DNA of 64,000 nucleotides from positions 262,918 to 326,917 of the forward strand of contig CAVQRT010000031.1 in assembly GCA_963715195.1 (NCBI GenBank), given 5' to 3'. The notes under the pieces are model-generated. The model was not told where the DNA came from. It was given only the letters and a program-made list of their open reading frames with translations, and searched no databases. A program made the translations under genes and the position numbers. Source of the stretch: Thermodesulfovibrionales bacterium (lineage in GTDB: Bacteria > Nitrospirota > Thermodesulfovibrionia > Thermodesulfovibrionales > SM23-35). Shown here in pieces: positions 17,839 through 27,481 of the stretch. Every line of letters begins with the position of its first letter. Within the stretch, counting starts at the first letter, position 1.

Positions 17839-18708
17839 TTGATCATATCGATTGCAAGCGGGAAAGGCGGCACCGGAAAGACCACTGTTGCGGTGAATCT
17901 TGCCTTATCGCTTCAGAATGTCCAGTTTCTGGACTGTGACGTGGAAGAACCGAATGCGCATCTTTTTCTGAAGCCAAAAATGCACTCGAAGAAAATTGCT
18001 ACTATCCCGGTACCCCAGGTTGATGAAACGCGATGTGATTTCTGTGGGAAATGCAGTGAGGTGTGCGCTTACAATGCGATTGCTGTTTTTCCGGGCAACG
18101 AAAACAGAATCGGGAGCGGTGTTCTGATTTTTCCCCATCTCTGCCATGGTTGCGGAGGCTGTACGCTCCTGTGTCCGCGTGGTGCCATCCATGAAGTGGA
18201 CAAGGAAATAGGCGTGATTGAAAAAGGCACATGCGGGGCTATGCATTTTGTTCACGGCAAATTACATATCGGGGAAATTATGTCACCGCCTTTAATCAGA
18301 CAGGTGAAGCTTTCTATTGACCGGTCACGCACAGTCATCATTGATGCTCCTCCTGGGACTTCCTGTCCTGTTATCGGCTCGGTAAAAGGGAGCGATTTCT
18401 GCATCCTCGTCACCGAGCCGACTCCTTTTGGATTGCATGACCTCATTCTGGCGGTTGAAGTGCTTGAGAAAATGGAGATTCCCTTCGGGGTTGTGATAAA
18501 CCGCTCTGATATCGGGGATAGCGGGGTGGACAATTTTTGCCGGGGCAGGAATATTCCTATCCTTATGCAGATTCCTTTCGACAAGGAGATTGCATTTCTC
18601 TATTCGAACGGCATCCCATTCGTCACGGAAAAGGAAGAGTACATTCAGAAATTTGAGAATATGTTTGAAGCTATTGAAGCAGGCATCAGCGGGAAGGCTG
18701 CACGATGA
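17839..18708 (+). CDS. MinD/ParA-superfamily P-loop ATPase with an inserted 2x[4Fe-4S] ferredoxin domain
   Basis: IASGKGGTGKTT, CDFCGKCSEVC and CHGCGGCTLLCP. TTG start with SD GAGGAGG. Confidence 0.85.
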   Translation: MIISIASGKGGTGKTTVAVNLALSLQNVQFLDCDVEEPNAHLFLKPKMHSKKIATIPVPQVDETRCDFCGKCSEVCAYNAIAVFPGNENRIGSGVLIFPHLCHGCGGCTLLCPRGAIHEVDKEIGVIEKGTCGAMHFVHGKLHIGEIMSPPLIRQVKLSIDRSRTVIIDAPPGTSCPVIGSVKGSDFCILVTEPTPFGLHDLILAVEVLEKMEIPFGVVINRSDIGDSGVDNFCRGRNIPILMQIPFDKEIAFLYSNGIPFVTEKEEYIQKFENMFEAIEAGISGKAAR

Positions 18709-18812
18709 ACGTTATCGACAGAATGCGCTTGCTTGATATTAAACCATATGTGCCGGATTTTGAACCGAGACAAGAAGTCGGAACCGGCTGGCTTGAGGGG
18801 ACATTACCATGA
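18705..18812 (+). CDS. 35-codon micro-ORF resembling the C-terminal TrmO/TsaA motif
   Basis: MNVIDRMRLLDIKPYVPDFEPRQEVGTGWLEGTLP. ATGA overlaps both flanking genes. Compare NRTPILDIKPL in the TrmO-like ORF at 26613..27020. Confidence 0.4.
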   Translation: MNVIDRMRLLDIKPYVPDFEPRQEVGTGWLEGTLP

Positions 18813-19657
18813 AACAGATAGTTGTTATAAGCGGAAAGGGAGGTACAGGGAAAACCGTCTTAACCGCATCTTTTGCCTCACTGGCCGGTAACAAAGTCAT
18901 GGTCGACTGTGATGTGGATGCGGCAGATTTGCATCTTTTGTTGAAGCCGGACATAAAGGAACGGCATGAGTTCAGAAGTGGTGTAACCGCCAGGATAGAC
19001 AGAGACATTTGTCAGGAATGCGGTGAATGTATTTCAGCCTGCCGATTCGAGGCAATAAGTGAAGATTTCAGGGTAGATCCAGTCTCATGTGAGGGATGTA
19101 CTGTCTGCAGCCATGTTTGTCCCGCAGGTGCGGTCATAATGGAAGAAAATATTTCAGGAGAGTGGTACATTTCAGAGACAAAATACGGTGCTCTTGTGCA
19201 TGCGAAATTGGGCATCGCCGAAGAAAACTCGGGCAAGCTCGTTGCGAAGGTGCGTCAAATTGCAAAAGATATAGCCGAGAAAACAGAGAGAGATTACGTG
19301 ATAATTGACGGCCCCCCCGGCATCGGCTGTCCTGTCATTGCAGCAATCACCGGTGTTGACCTCGCACTCATTGTAACAGAGCCAACCCTGTCAGGCATGC
19401 ATGACATGGAAAGGGTGGCACAGGTGTCGAAACATTTCGGGATTCCAACGAAAGTGGTTATCAATAAATACGACTTGAATCTGAAAAACAGCGAAACTAT
19501 CAGAAAGATGTGTGACCAGGCAGATATGGAAGTGGCAGCACTTCTGCCGTTTTCCCGGCAGGTTAGTGAATCAATCGTTCAGGGAATTCCTCTCGTCGAA
19601 TTCAGCAAGAACGGAATATCCGGGGACATCGCTCTGCTCTGGGAGAGGATCAGATAA
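18809..19657 (+). CDS. MinD/ParA-superfamily P-loop ATPase with an inserted ferredoxin domain (second copy)
   Basis: ISGKGGTGKT, CQECGECISAC and CEGCTVCSHVCP. Confidence 0.85.
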   Translation: MKQIVVISGKGGTGKTVLTASFASLAGNKVMVDCDVDAADLHLLLKPDIKERHEFRSGVTARIDRDICQECGECISACRFEAISEDFRVDPVSCEGCTVCSHVCPAGAVIMEENISGEWYISETKYGALVHAKLGIAEENSGKLVAKVRQIAKDIAEKTERDYVIIDGPPGIGCPVIAAITGVDLALIVTEPTLSGMHDMERVAQVSKHFGIPTKVVINKYDLNLKNSETIRKMCDQADMEVAALLPFSRQVSESIVQGIPLVEFSKNGISGDIALLWERIR

Positions 19658-19660
19658 TTT

Positions 19661-20593
19661 ATGAAACATGTATATGGCCCCGTGCCCTCACGGAGGTTGG
19701 GCTTTTCCCTTGGGATAGATGTAGTTCCTTATAAGACCTGTACGCTTGACTGCATATATTGTCAACTCGGAAGGACAACCCAGAAAATGACAGAGAGAAA
19801 ACACTATTCGGAAAAAGATGCTGTTTGCAGAGAAGTGCAGGAAACCTTGGACAAACAACAGCGTGTCGATTATATAACCTTCTCCGGTTCCGGTGAGCCA
19901 ACCCTGAATGCTGAAATAGGTGCTCTCATCAGAGAGGTAAAAACGATAACGCCGGTGCCGGTGGTCGTTCTTACCAACGGAACCTTGCTTTTTCGGAAAG
20001 ATGTTCAGGAAGATCTTGCAGGTGCTGATATTGTAATGCCTTCTCTTGATGCCGCTTCTCAGAAGGTGTTTGAACGTATCAACAGACCTCACAAGTCTCT
20101 CGATATACAGACAATTATTCATGGGCTCACAGCATTCAGGAAACGGTACACCGGACAGGTATGGCTGGAGATTATGTTTGTGGACGGTTTCAATAATGAT
20201 CACAACGAATTGCTTTTCTTAAAGGAGGCAGCATCAGAAATCGACCCTGATAAAATCTATCTTAATACCGTCGTAAGACCGCCGGCTGAAACATATGCAA
20301 AACCGCTCAACAAGGACGAGATGTTAACGCTAAGAAGTTACCTGGACCAACGCTGTGAAGTTATTGCAGAATTTCATGGGCAAAAAATCGAGGAAACTCA
20401 GAATGTTGATGAAGCAATTATCGAGATGACCAGAAGACGTCCCTTAACCATTACCGATATAGCAAATGTCCTTGGCATCTCGGGGGTGAACGCTGAAAAA
20501 TGGGTAAATGGTCTCGAAGAGTCGGGCAAGCTCAAAGAGCGGCAATATAAGGGAGAAAAATATTACTCGTATACAGTGGAACCGCAGAGATAA
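19661..20593 (+). CDS. Radical SAM protein with a C-terminal winged-helix-like tail
   Basis: VYGPVPSRRLGFSLGID..P.KTCTLDCIYCQLG (Cx3Cx2C). C-terminal LTITDIANVLGIS... Confidence 0.8.
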   Translation: MKHVYGPVPSRRLGFSLGIDVVPYKTCTLDCIYCQLGRTTQKMTERKHYSEKDAVCREVQETLDKQQRVDYITFSGSGEPTLNAEIGALIREVKTITPVPVVVLTNGTLLFRKDVQEDLAGADIVMPSLDAASQKVFERINRPHKSLDIQTIIHGLTAFRKRYTGQVWLEIMFVDGFNNDHNELLFLKEAASEIDPDKIYLNTVVRPPAETYAKPLNKDEMLTLRSYLDQRCEVIAEFHGQKIEETQNVDEAIIEMTRRRPLTITDIANVLGISGVNAEKWVNGLEESGKLKERQYKGEKYYSYTVEPQR

Positions 20594-20917
20594 CTGACAA
20601 GAACCGGGGGATGAAGCTTTCCGAACTTGAGCGTTGGTTTGAAGTTTTCGACTGATCTTTCTCATTTCGGCAGTATTCGGAAAATAGTGTTTTAAAAATC
20701 ATCAACCCGAAAAGCGCAGACATTGTTTTCGCCCCGGCGAATCCGCTGAGGCGGACAAAATTTATTTACCCCGATGATGTTTGCCTCACCGAATCCCCGA
20801 AGTGAAAAATAAAGTCAGCAAAACCAATTATTGAAAAACGACTTTTTCAGCGTCCCGTTAAAAATGTGCTTCTGCAGGACACAGGTTGACAAAGAGTCAT
20901 TGTTTATAATAAAGTAT

Positions 20918-20936
20918 ATTGAGACTCAATCTCAAT
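20918..20936. promoter_or_regulatory. Perfect 6-1-6 palindrome ATTGAG-A-CTCAAT (then CTCAAT again) abutting the start codon of the second Fur paralog
   Basis: Read directly from the sequence. A TTGACA lies at 20886..20891 upstream. Confidence 0.4.
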
Positions 20937-21396
20937 GGAAGAAGAAATATTCAGACAATATCTTGAGAAGAACGGGCAGCGGTTAACGAGGGAGAGGAAT
21001 GCTGTTTTGGAGAAGGCTTTGTCGTGCAGGGGACACTTTGATCCTGAAACCCTTTACGTAGACATGAGGAAGAGGGGCATGAAGGCATCAAGGGCCTCCG
21101 TATACAGAACCCTCAATTTGCTGTGTGAATGCGGACTTGTGGAAAAAGTCAACAAAACAGAACACGGCACCATTTACGAACAGGCACTCGGCCGCCCTCA
21201 TCACGATCATATGGTCTGTATTCATTGCGGAAAAATTATAGAATTTTTTTCTGAAAGCCTCGAAAAACTGCAGGAAGAGATATGCAGTGAACGGGGATTC
21301 AGAGGGAAAAATCATACGCTTGAAATTCGCGGATATTGCAAAGACTGTGAAAGAGGGAAAGACGTTGCGGAAGGAGAGAAAACATATGGGCGGTGA
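20935..21396 (+). CDS. Fur-family transcriptional regulator (second paralog)
   Basis: 153 aa with ASVYRTLNLL, HHDHMVCIHCG and CKDC. Confidence 0.85.
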   Translation: MEEEIFRQYLEKNGQRLTRERNAVLEKALSCRGHFDPETLYVDMRKRGMKASRASVYRTLNLLCECGLVEKVNKTEHGTIYEQALGRPHHDHMVCIHCGKIIEFFSESLEKLQEEICSERGFRGKNHTLEIRGYCKDCERGKDVAEGEKTYGR

Positions 21397-21649
21397 TCTC
21401 ATGCCACTGATCTTGCTGAAGGAAGGCCAAGAAGGGATCGTGCATATGGTCTCTGGAGGATTGGGACTGATTGGCAGGCTTGCTTCTCTGGGGATAACTT
21501 CTGGTATGAGGGTCAAGGTGGTCAGGAATATTGGTGGACCTTTAATAATTACGACGAATGGTACAAGGATTGCCATAGGAAGGGGGCAGGCCCAGAAAAT
21601 ACTTATCCGGCGTTTGGCCGCCGGAATGGTGCAAGCAGAGATTGCATGA
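21386..21649 (+). CDS. feoA: Ferrous iron transport protein A
   Basis: The FeoA SH3-like pattern LKEGQEGIV......G....RLASLGI..G..V.V. SD GGAGAG. Overlaps the end of the fur paralog. Confidence 0.8.
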   Translation: MGGDLMPLILLKEGQEGIVHMVSGGLGLIGRLASLGITSGMRVKVVRNIGGPLIITTNGTRIAIGRGQAQKILIRRLAAGMVQAEIA

Positions 21650-23633
21650 CAGCAGGGAAAGACCTGCTGGTTGCCCTTGCCGGACAGCCAAATGTCGGCA
21701 AATCAACAGTTTTCAATCTGTTGACCGGCCTGTCTCAGCATGTCGGTAACTGGCCGGGCAAGACGGTCGAAAAAAAAGAAGGTTTTTGTTCCACGAATGG
21801 CACAAGGATAAAAATCGTAGACCTTCCCGGCAGCTACAGCCTGACTGCCTATTCTGAAGAAGAGAAGAATAGCGAGAGACTTTATCATTAATGAACGGCC
21901 GGACGCGGTTGTTCTCATGGCTAACGCCTCGGCACTCGAAAGAAGTCTATATCTCCTCGCGGAGTTTCTGCTTTTAAAAGCTCCGGTCATTTTTGCCCTC
22001 AATATGACGGATGTGGCGGAGCAGCAGGGGATCCGGATTGATGTCGGCCTTCTCGAAAAATACCTCGGGGTTCCTGTTATCCCCATGATCGCTTCAAAAA
22101 ACCGGGGTACCAAAGCATTGATCTCCGAGATCCTTCTCCTTACAGAAGGAAAAAAGGAAAACAGGCCTTCTCTGGCCGAAGTTTCTGATGACCATAAAGA
22201 GATCTTTCTTGAGCTGGCCGATATTCTCGAACAATATATTACCCCGCCGTATCTGACAAAATGGACTATTACGAAAATTATGGAGGGTGATCCTGATATA
22301 ACTGAGAAGATGAGCCGAACTGTCCGGCCCGATTCGTGGAACAAGGTTCAGGCCCTCTTGAGGAAACACGAAGATTCACTTCTTGCTGTCGTCAAGGGGC
22401 GATATGACTGGATTGAGGGCGCTGTTCGCGCTTCTCTTTCCGAGTTCAAGAGGGGGCAGATCCTTCTGACGGATCGACTGGATCATGTTCTCACGCGTCC
22501 TGTGTTTGGGATCCCGATTCTTCTGGGTGTTCTTGCCCTTGTTTTTTCGCTAACCTATGGCTTGGGGTTGCCGTTACAACAACTGCTCGAATCCCTCATG
22601 AACTCTCTTGCGGGCTGGGTCGAACCGTTTCTCGGGAAATCATTCTGGCTGAGGGGAATCATCGTCGACGGTTTACTTGGTGGAGCGGGAACAGTTATGA
22701 CATTTCTCCCGGTGCTTTTCTTTTTTTTTGCGGCCATGGCATTTCTCGAAGACGTGGGATATATGGCAAGAGCTGCTTTCGTCATGGACAGATTTATGCA
22801 TGTGATCGGACTTCACGGGAAAAGTTTTCTTCCTTTCTGTTTGGGCTTCGGCTGCAATGTTCCGGCTGTCATGGGTGCGAGAATCCTGGAATCAGGCAGG
22901 ATACGGTTCCTCACAATCTTCCTTACGCCCTTTGTTCCCTGCACTGCTAAGCTGGCTGTCGTCACGCTTATTGCAGCTGCCATATTTGGGAAGACTGCGC
23001 TCATCATGTCGTGGGCGCTCGTCGCCGGAAACATTTTGATCCTCGGTTTTGCGGGCTTCATAGCGAGCAAGTTCCTTTTCAAAAAACAGCACATGCCTTT
23101 TATCATGGAACTTCCTTTTTATCACAAACCGAACCCGAGAACGATAGGAATGGTTGTCTGGAAAAGGATTACAGCCTTTATCAGGAAGGCCGGAACGATT
23201 ATTGTGATATTTTCCGTGCTTCTTTGGTTATTGTCTCATATTCCAGGCGGACATATCGAAGGCAGCATTCTCGGTTTGATAGGGCAGTCGATTGAGCCTG
23301 TCGGGCGGCCCAATAGGGCTTGACTGGAAGATGATCGTCGCGCTCCTGGCGAGTGTCACGGCGAAGGAAAACTCGATAGCAGCACTGGGGGTACTCTATG
23401 GTGTTGGAGAAGAGGGTATTAGGGGAATTCTGCCGACTGTGATGAGTCACGCATCAGCACTCTCTTTCCTCGTGATACTTATGCTGTTTGTACCCTGTGT
23501 TGCCACGCTCGTGGTCATGAAACAGGAGATGGGTGGATGGCGTTGGTTCTTGTCTTCTTTCCTCTTCATGCTTGTTCTGTCTTATGTATCCGGTATGGCT
23601 GTCTATCAGTTTGCTCTCATGGTCGGACTATGA
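21646..23633 (+). pseudogene. feoB: Ferrous iron transporter FeoB, split by two single-base frame disruptions
   Basis: The G-domain ([20 protein letters not shown]) sits in frame [29 protein letters not shown] continues in another frame after about 21860. GPIGLDWKMIVALLASVTAKEN continues in a third frame after about 23305. The three ORFs are 21646..21891, 21917..23323 and 23292..23633. Confidence 0.85.
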
Positions 23634-23718
23634 CTTGTGATGTGTATGCTAATTTTTCTTAACCCCCGGATTGCTGTCTTCCATTGGATTGCCTTGCTGC
23701 GTAAGATTTTGAGAGGAA

Positions 23719-24858
23719 ATGATTACATTCAAACAATTAAGAAGGCAGATTGAAAAGATCGGGAGAAAGAAGAGACCTTTCATCGCCTTGCAGATCGAAC
23801 CTACTTCGAGATGCCAACTCAGATGTGTCATGTGTCCGAGGACTATTTTTTCAAGAGAATGGGATAACGGGGACATGCCTCTCTCTCTCTATGACAAGAT
23901 AAGCACGTCTTTCCATCTTGTTGACAATATTCATCTTCAAGGGTGGGGTGAACCGCTTCTTCATCCCGAAATTTCTCTCATGATTCAGAAAGCAAAAGCA
24001 GTGCCTTGCAGGACAAGTCTCACAACAAACGGGGTCCTTCTTAGCGAGCCCGTATCACATGATTTTATCGAAAAGGGTCTCGATACTATCGTGATCTCTA
24101 TTGCTGGAGCAGTGAGCGAAACGCATGAGGCTATCCGCTGCGGTTCTCACTTCGGGCAGATTATCGATAATGTAAAAGTGCTGGCACATTTGAAATTGAG
24201 TATGAAATCCAAGACCCCCAAAATCGTGCTTTCTTTTCTGATGACAAAGAAAAATATCGAAGAGCTGCCTGAGGCAGTGCTGCTCGCGAAGGATACAGGA
24301 TCGGATGAAATGGTCGCAACAAATGTGGATTACATAGCGGGACAATATCAGGATGATATGAAGATATTTTCCTGTAAAGAAGCAGACAGTGAATACAAGA
24401 AAATCGTAGAAAAAGCCTTGCGGACGGCAAAAAAGGCAAAAATTACTTTTCGTGTTTATCCTCTGGAGATGGAAGAACTTATCATGTGCGAGATGAATCC
24501 GCTGAAAATCGTGTTCTTGTCACACGATGGATGTGTCTCTCCTTGTGTTTATTTGAATCTGTCTAAAAAAGGATGGATTCCGCGGATATTTTGTGGAAAT
24601 TATCAAGGGATACAGAAACAGTGCTTTGGATATGTCGGAGAGGATGACTTTGTCGAGATTTGGGAACGCAAAGAATACAAGAACTTCAGGGAACCCTATG
24701 TTAGGAGAATGGCTTTCAACAAGAGAGCATTCGATGTTATCGCTGACGTGCAATCTTCAAAGGCTGCTATGGATGAACTGGAAAAACTGGAAGCGGTGCT
24801 GAGAGATAATCCCTTGCCAGCGGTATGCAGCACCTGCTATAAGGCTTACAATATTTAA
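23719..24858 (+). CDS. Radical SAM protein with a Cys-rich (SPASM-like) C-terminal region
   Basis: EPTSRCQLRCVMCP (Cx3Cx2C), GWGEPLL, and C-terminal CVSPCVY...C....C..C. Confidence 0.75.
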   Translation: MITFKQLRRQIEKIGRKKRPFIALQIEPTSRCQLRCVMCPRTIFSREWDNGDMPLSLYDKISTSFHLVDNIHLQGWGEPLLHPEISLMIQKAKAVPCRTSLTTNGVLLSEPVSHDFIEKGLDTIVISIAGAVSETHEAIRCGSHFGQIIDNVKVLAHLKLSMKSKTPKIVLSFLMTKKNIEELPEAVLLAKDTGSDEMVATNVDYIAGQYQDDMKIFSCKEADSEYKKIVEKALRTAKKAKITFRVYPLEMEELIMCEMNPLKIVFLSHDGCVSPCVYLNLSKKGWIPRIFCGNYQGIQKQCFGYVGEDDFVEIWERKEYKNFREPYVRRMAFNKRAFDVIADVQSSKAAMDELEKLEAVLRDNPLPAVCSTCYKAYNI

Positions 24859-24952
24859 GATTTTTCGATAATTTTTTAAAAATGTTTTACAATGGACCGT
24901 ACTACTTTTTTAAAGTGATACCGGTAAGTCTTTCTGAAAGGTGAGAAAACAT

Positions 24953-25741
24953 ATGGAACTGGATGAAGTTGTCATAACGAAGGCGATTGTCGATCAATTC
25001 TGCAAAAAGCTGACCAATCATCTTGAAACTGATGTCGCTATTGTAGGGGGTGGACCTTCAGGTCTTGTCGCCGGTTATTTTTTGGCAAAAGCGGGCAGGA
25101 AAACCGTTCTGTTCGAACGCAAGCTGAGTGTGGGTGGCGGTATGTGGGGTGGCGGCATGTTATTCAACGAAATTGTAGTTCAGAAAGCCGCAGTTCGGAT
25201 TCTTAAAGAATTTGGAATAACGTACTGCGAATTTCAGAAAAATTACTATACTGCGGATTCCGTTGAGTCGATTTCCACGCTTATTTCCAGGGCGGTGCAG
25301 GCCGGTGTGACGATCTTTAACTGCATCACTGCCGAAGATGTGCTGATGCGCACGTCACGCGTTACCGGTCTGGTGCTGAATTGGTCGGCAGTCGAAATGG
25401 CACGCCTTCATGTCGACCCACTGGCTGTTCGTTCCCGCTTTGTCGTCGATGCCACGGGCCACGAAACTGCGGTGGTCAGACTGGTTCAGAATAAAGTGCC
25501 CGGGACGCTGAAAACTCTAAGCGGGAAAGTAGAGGGAGAGAAATCGATGTGGTCGGATAAGGCCGAGAGCCTGACGCTCAAAAATACGAGAGAAGTTTTC
25601 CCCGGTTTATATGTGGCCGGCATGGCTGCAAATGCGACATTTGGAGGACCCCGCATGGGGCCGATATTCGGGGGGATGCTCCTTTCAGGCGAAAAAGTTG
25701 CAAAGCTGCTTTTGCAAGCACTTTCACAGAAATCCAAATAA
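24953..25741 (+). CDS. thi4: Thi4-family thiazole synthase
   Basis: [48 protein letters not shown] and [16 protein letters not shown]. The ORF is open from a GTG at 24941. Confidence 0.85.
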   Translation: MELDEVVITKAIVDQFCKKLTNHLETDVAIVGGGPSGLVAGYFLAKAGRKTVLFERKLSVGGGMWGGGMLFNEIVVQKAAVRILKEFGITYCEFQKNYYTADSVESISTLISRAVQAGVTIFNCITAEDVLMRTSRVTGLVLNWSAVEMARLHVDPLAVRSRFVVDATGHETAVVRLVQNKVPGTLKTLSGKVEGEKSMWSDKAESLTLKNTREVFPGLYVAGMAANATFGGPRMGPIFGGMLLSGEKVAKLLLQALSQKSK

Positions 25742-25767
25742 CCCGTTTCGTTGCAGAGGTGCTTTTC

Positions 25768-26616
25768 TTATATCTGAAGAACTGTTCCGGTCTGCAGATG
25801 CTGCAACTTTTCTCCAAGCACACTCTTGAGAACAGCATATGCTTTCTGACATGTGCAATGCCCCGTATACATTGACTGAATCGGATAGCGAAGAGTCTCT
25901 TTAGCGATGTTCTGTATATCAGTTTTACTGTCTGCCAGAGAGTTGCGCTTCGGCAGGCATATCAAATGAAAACCCCCTATGACTGCCTTGATAGGCAGTC
26001 CGGGGAATTTCTCTGCGACAGTATCGACCATGTTCAGCACGCCGTTATGGGAGCAGCCTGTAAAGATTACCAGATTACCGTTTTCTCTGACAGCCATGAT
26101 AAGCTCATGGTCAAAATTATCTAAACTCCAGCGGGTGCCTTTCCTGGTATATAAGGATCTGTTCCCTTTTGGTTTCGGGTATGCCGTGCCGATAGTCGGA
26201 AAGATGTATACACCGGTAAGAATTTCGGTAAATTTCTCTATATACCCAAACCTCGCAGCATATGTTTTAAATAAATCCCTGTCCAGTCCTATATATCTCC
26301 TGGGCAACAGCGATGCCTTAAAGTAACACTCTCCGACCGGTGGCCTTTTAAGATAGACCTTTGCGCTCTGGTTCAACGCAAAAAACCGCTGCAATCCACC
26401 GCCATGATCGTAATGGTGGTGGGACAATACAGCTGCGTCAGCAGCGCCCAGGTCAATTCCGAGTTTATCCGCATTCTGAGAAAAAGAATCTGATGCTCCT
26501 GTGTCAAAGAGAATCGCTTTATTATCGAATGATATATGCAATGATAATCCGTGCTCTGCAGACAAACCAGTGTTGTTATCTGCCTGCGTATTTTCGATCA
26601 GGGTGGTAATGATCAT
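25768..26616 (-). CDS. MBL-fold metallo-hydrolase (COG1237-like)
   Basis: AEHGLS..I......ILFDTG and LSHHHYDHGGGL (HxHxDH). Confidence 0.8.
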   Translation of the reverse strand: MIITTLIENTQADNNTGLSAEHGLSLHISFDNKAILFDTGASDSFSQNADKLGIDLGAADAAVLSHHHYDHGGGLQRFFALNQSAKVYLKRPPVGECYFKASLLPRRYIGLDRDLFKTYAARFGYIEKFTEILTGVYIFPTIGTAYPKPKGNRSLYTRKGTRWSLDNFDHELIMAVRENGNLVIFTGCSHNGVLNMVDTVAEKFPGLPIKAVIGGFHLICLPKRNSLADSKTDIQNIAKETLRYPIQSMYTGHCTCQKAYAVLKSVLGEKLQHLQTGTVLQI

Positions 26617-27020
26617 AAATCACACTGTCTTTTTAATCCGGTAAGAGGCTTAATATCCAAGATAGGTGTTCTGTTTACCATATCCAGGCCTTTTACATAA
26701 ACAACATTTTCTTCAATACCAGTGACTCTGAGAACTGACATGCCTATGGGATTAGGCCTTATGGGTGAACAGGTACTGAAAACACCGAGTTGTTCCATTC
26801 GATGCGGAGGTTTCTGGACGAGATGATCTGCGGTAAACTCCCGGCTCTGATGAAAATTGAAAAGAACAAGGATATCCTGCCCTTTCTGAATATCCTTTAA
26901 ACCTTTTTTGTACGCTTCCTCAATGACGATTTTCCCTGGAACATCGGAAAGTGTCCAATGGCGGGGTATTGCGACGGCATCTGTTTGTACAAAACCGATA
27001 GGCTTGAATTCGATGGCCAT
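26613..27020 (-). CDS. TrmO/TsaA-family (YaeB-like) SAM-dependent methyltransferase
   Basis: FKPIGFV, FSTCSPIRPNPIG.SV and TPILDIKP. The ORF is open to 27098. The ATG at 27020 (MAIEF) is preferred. Confidence 0.8.
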   Translation of the reverse strand: MAIEFKPIGFVQTDAVAIPRHWTLSDVPGKIVIEEAYKKGLKDIQKGQDILVLFNFHQSREFTADHLVQKPPHRMEQLGVFSTCSPIRPNPIGMSVLRVTGIEENVVYVKGLDMVNRTPILDIKPLTGLKRQCDL

Positions 27021-27148
27021 ATTTTCCTCAAGCGAAGAAAAGATATTTGCCATAACTATACACAATCTTATTGGGTTTGCACAAAAAAAGCAGCACATAG
27101 GGAAAAGAACACCTTGCTATTGTTATGGGCATATGCTTATAATTAAAT

Positions 27149-27481
27149 ATGTCGAGACCGAGAAAATGCAGAGTCATTCAATGCAAACCCGATGCAACAT
27201 ATTTTAAGCCACGGGGGATACCGTTAGTGGATCTCGATGAGATCAGCATTTCGATTGATGAGCTTGAATCAATAAGGCTTGCGGATTTCGAGGGCCTTTA
27301 TCATGAAGACGCCGCTCTGAAAATGAAGATCTCGAGGCAGACATTCGGGAGAATCCTCAATGAAGCGCGCAGAAAAGTTGCCGAGTGCCTCTTGAAAAGT
27401 AAAGCCTTGAAAATAGAATTACCAAAAAAGGAGGAGCTGTATGAAAGCATGTTTTCCGGTAGCAGAAGTCAAAGGAATTGA
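27149..27481 (+). CDS. DUF134 (UPF0251) putative DNA-binding protein
   Basis: MSRPRKCR.....P....FKPRGIP......I....DE.E.IRL.D.EGL..E.AA..M.ISR.TF.R.L..AR.KVA. Confidence 0.8.
   Translation: MSRPRKCRVIQCKPDATYFKPRGIPLVDLDEISISIDELESIRLADFEGLYHEDAALKMKISRQTFGRILNEARRKVAECLLKSKALKIELPKKEELYESMFSGSRSQRN

Noticed and set aside
21703-22344. A 213-aa minus-strand ORF inside feoB
   Set aside because: It is antisense to conserved FeoB G-domain and helical-domain sequence.
24859-24952. TPP riboswitch upstream of thi4
   Set aside because: The leader is only about 95 nt and AT-rich. I could not find the conserved CUGAGA and ACCUGAUCUGGAUAAUGCCAGC-type cores.
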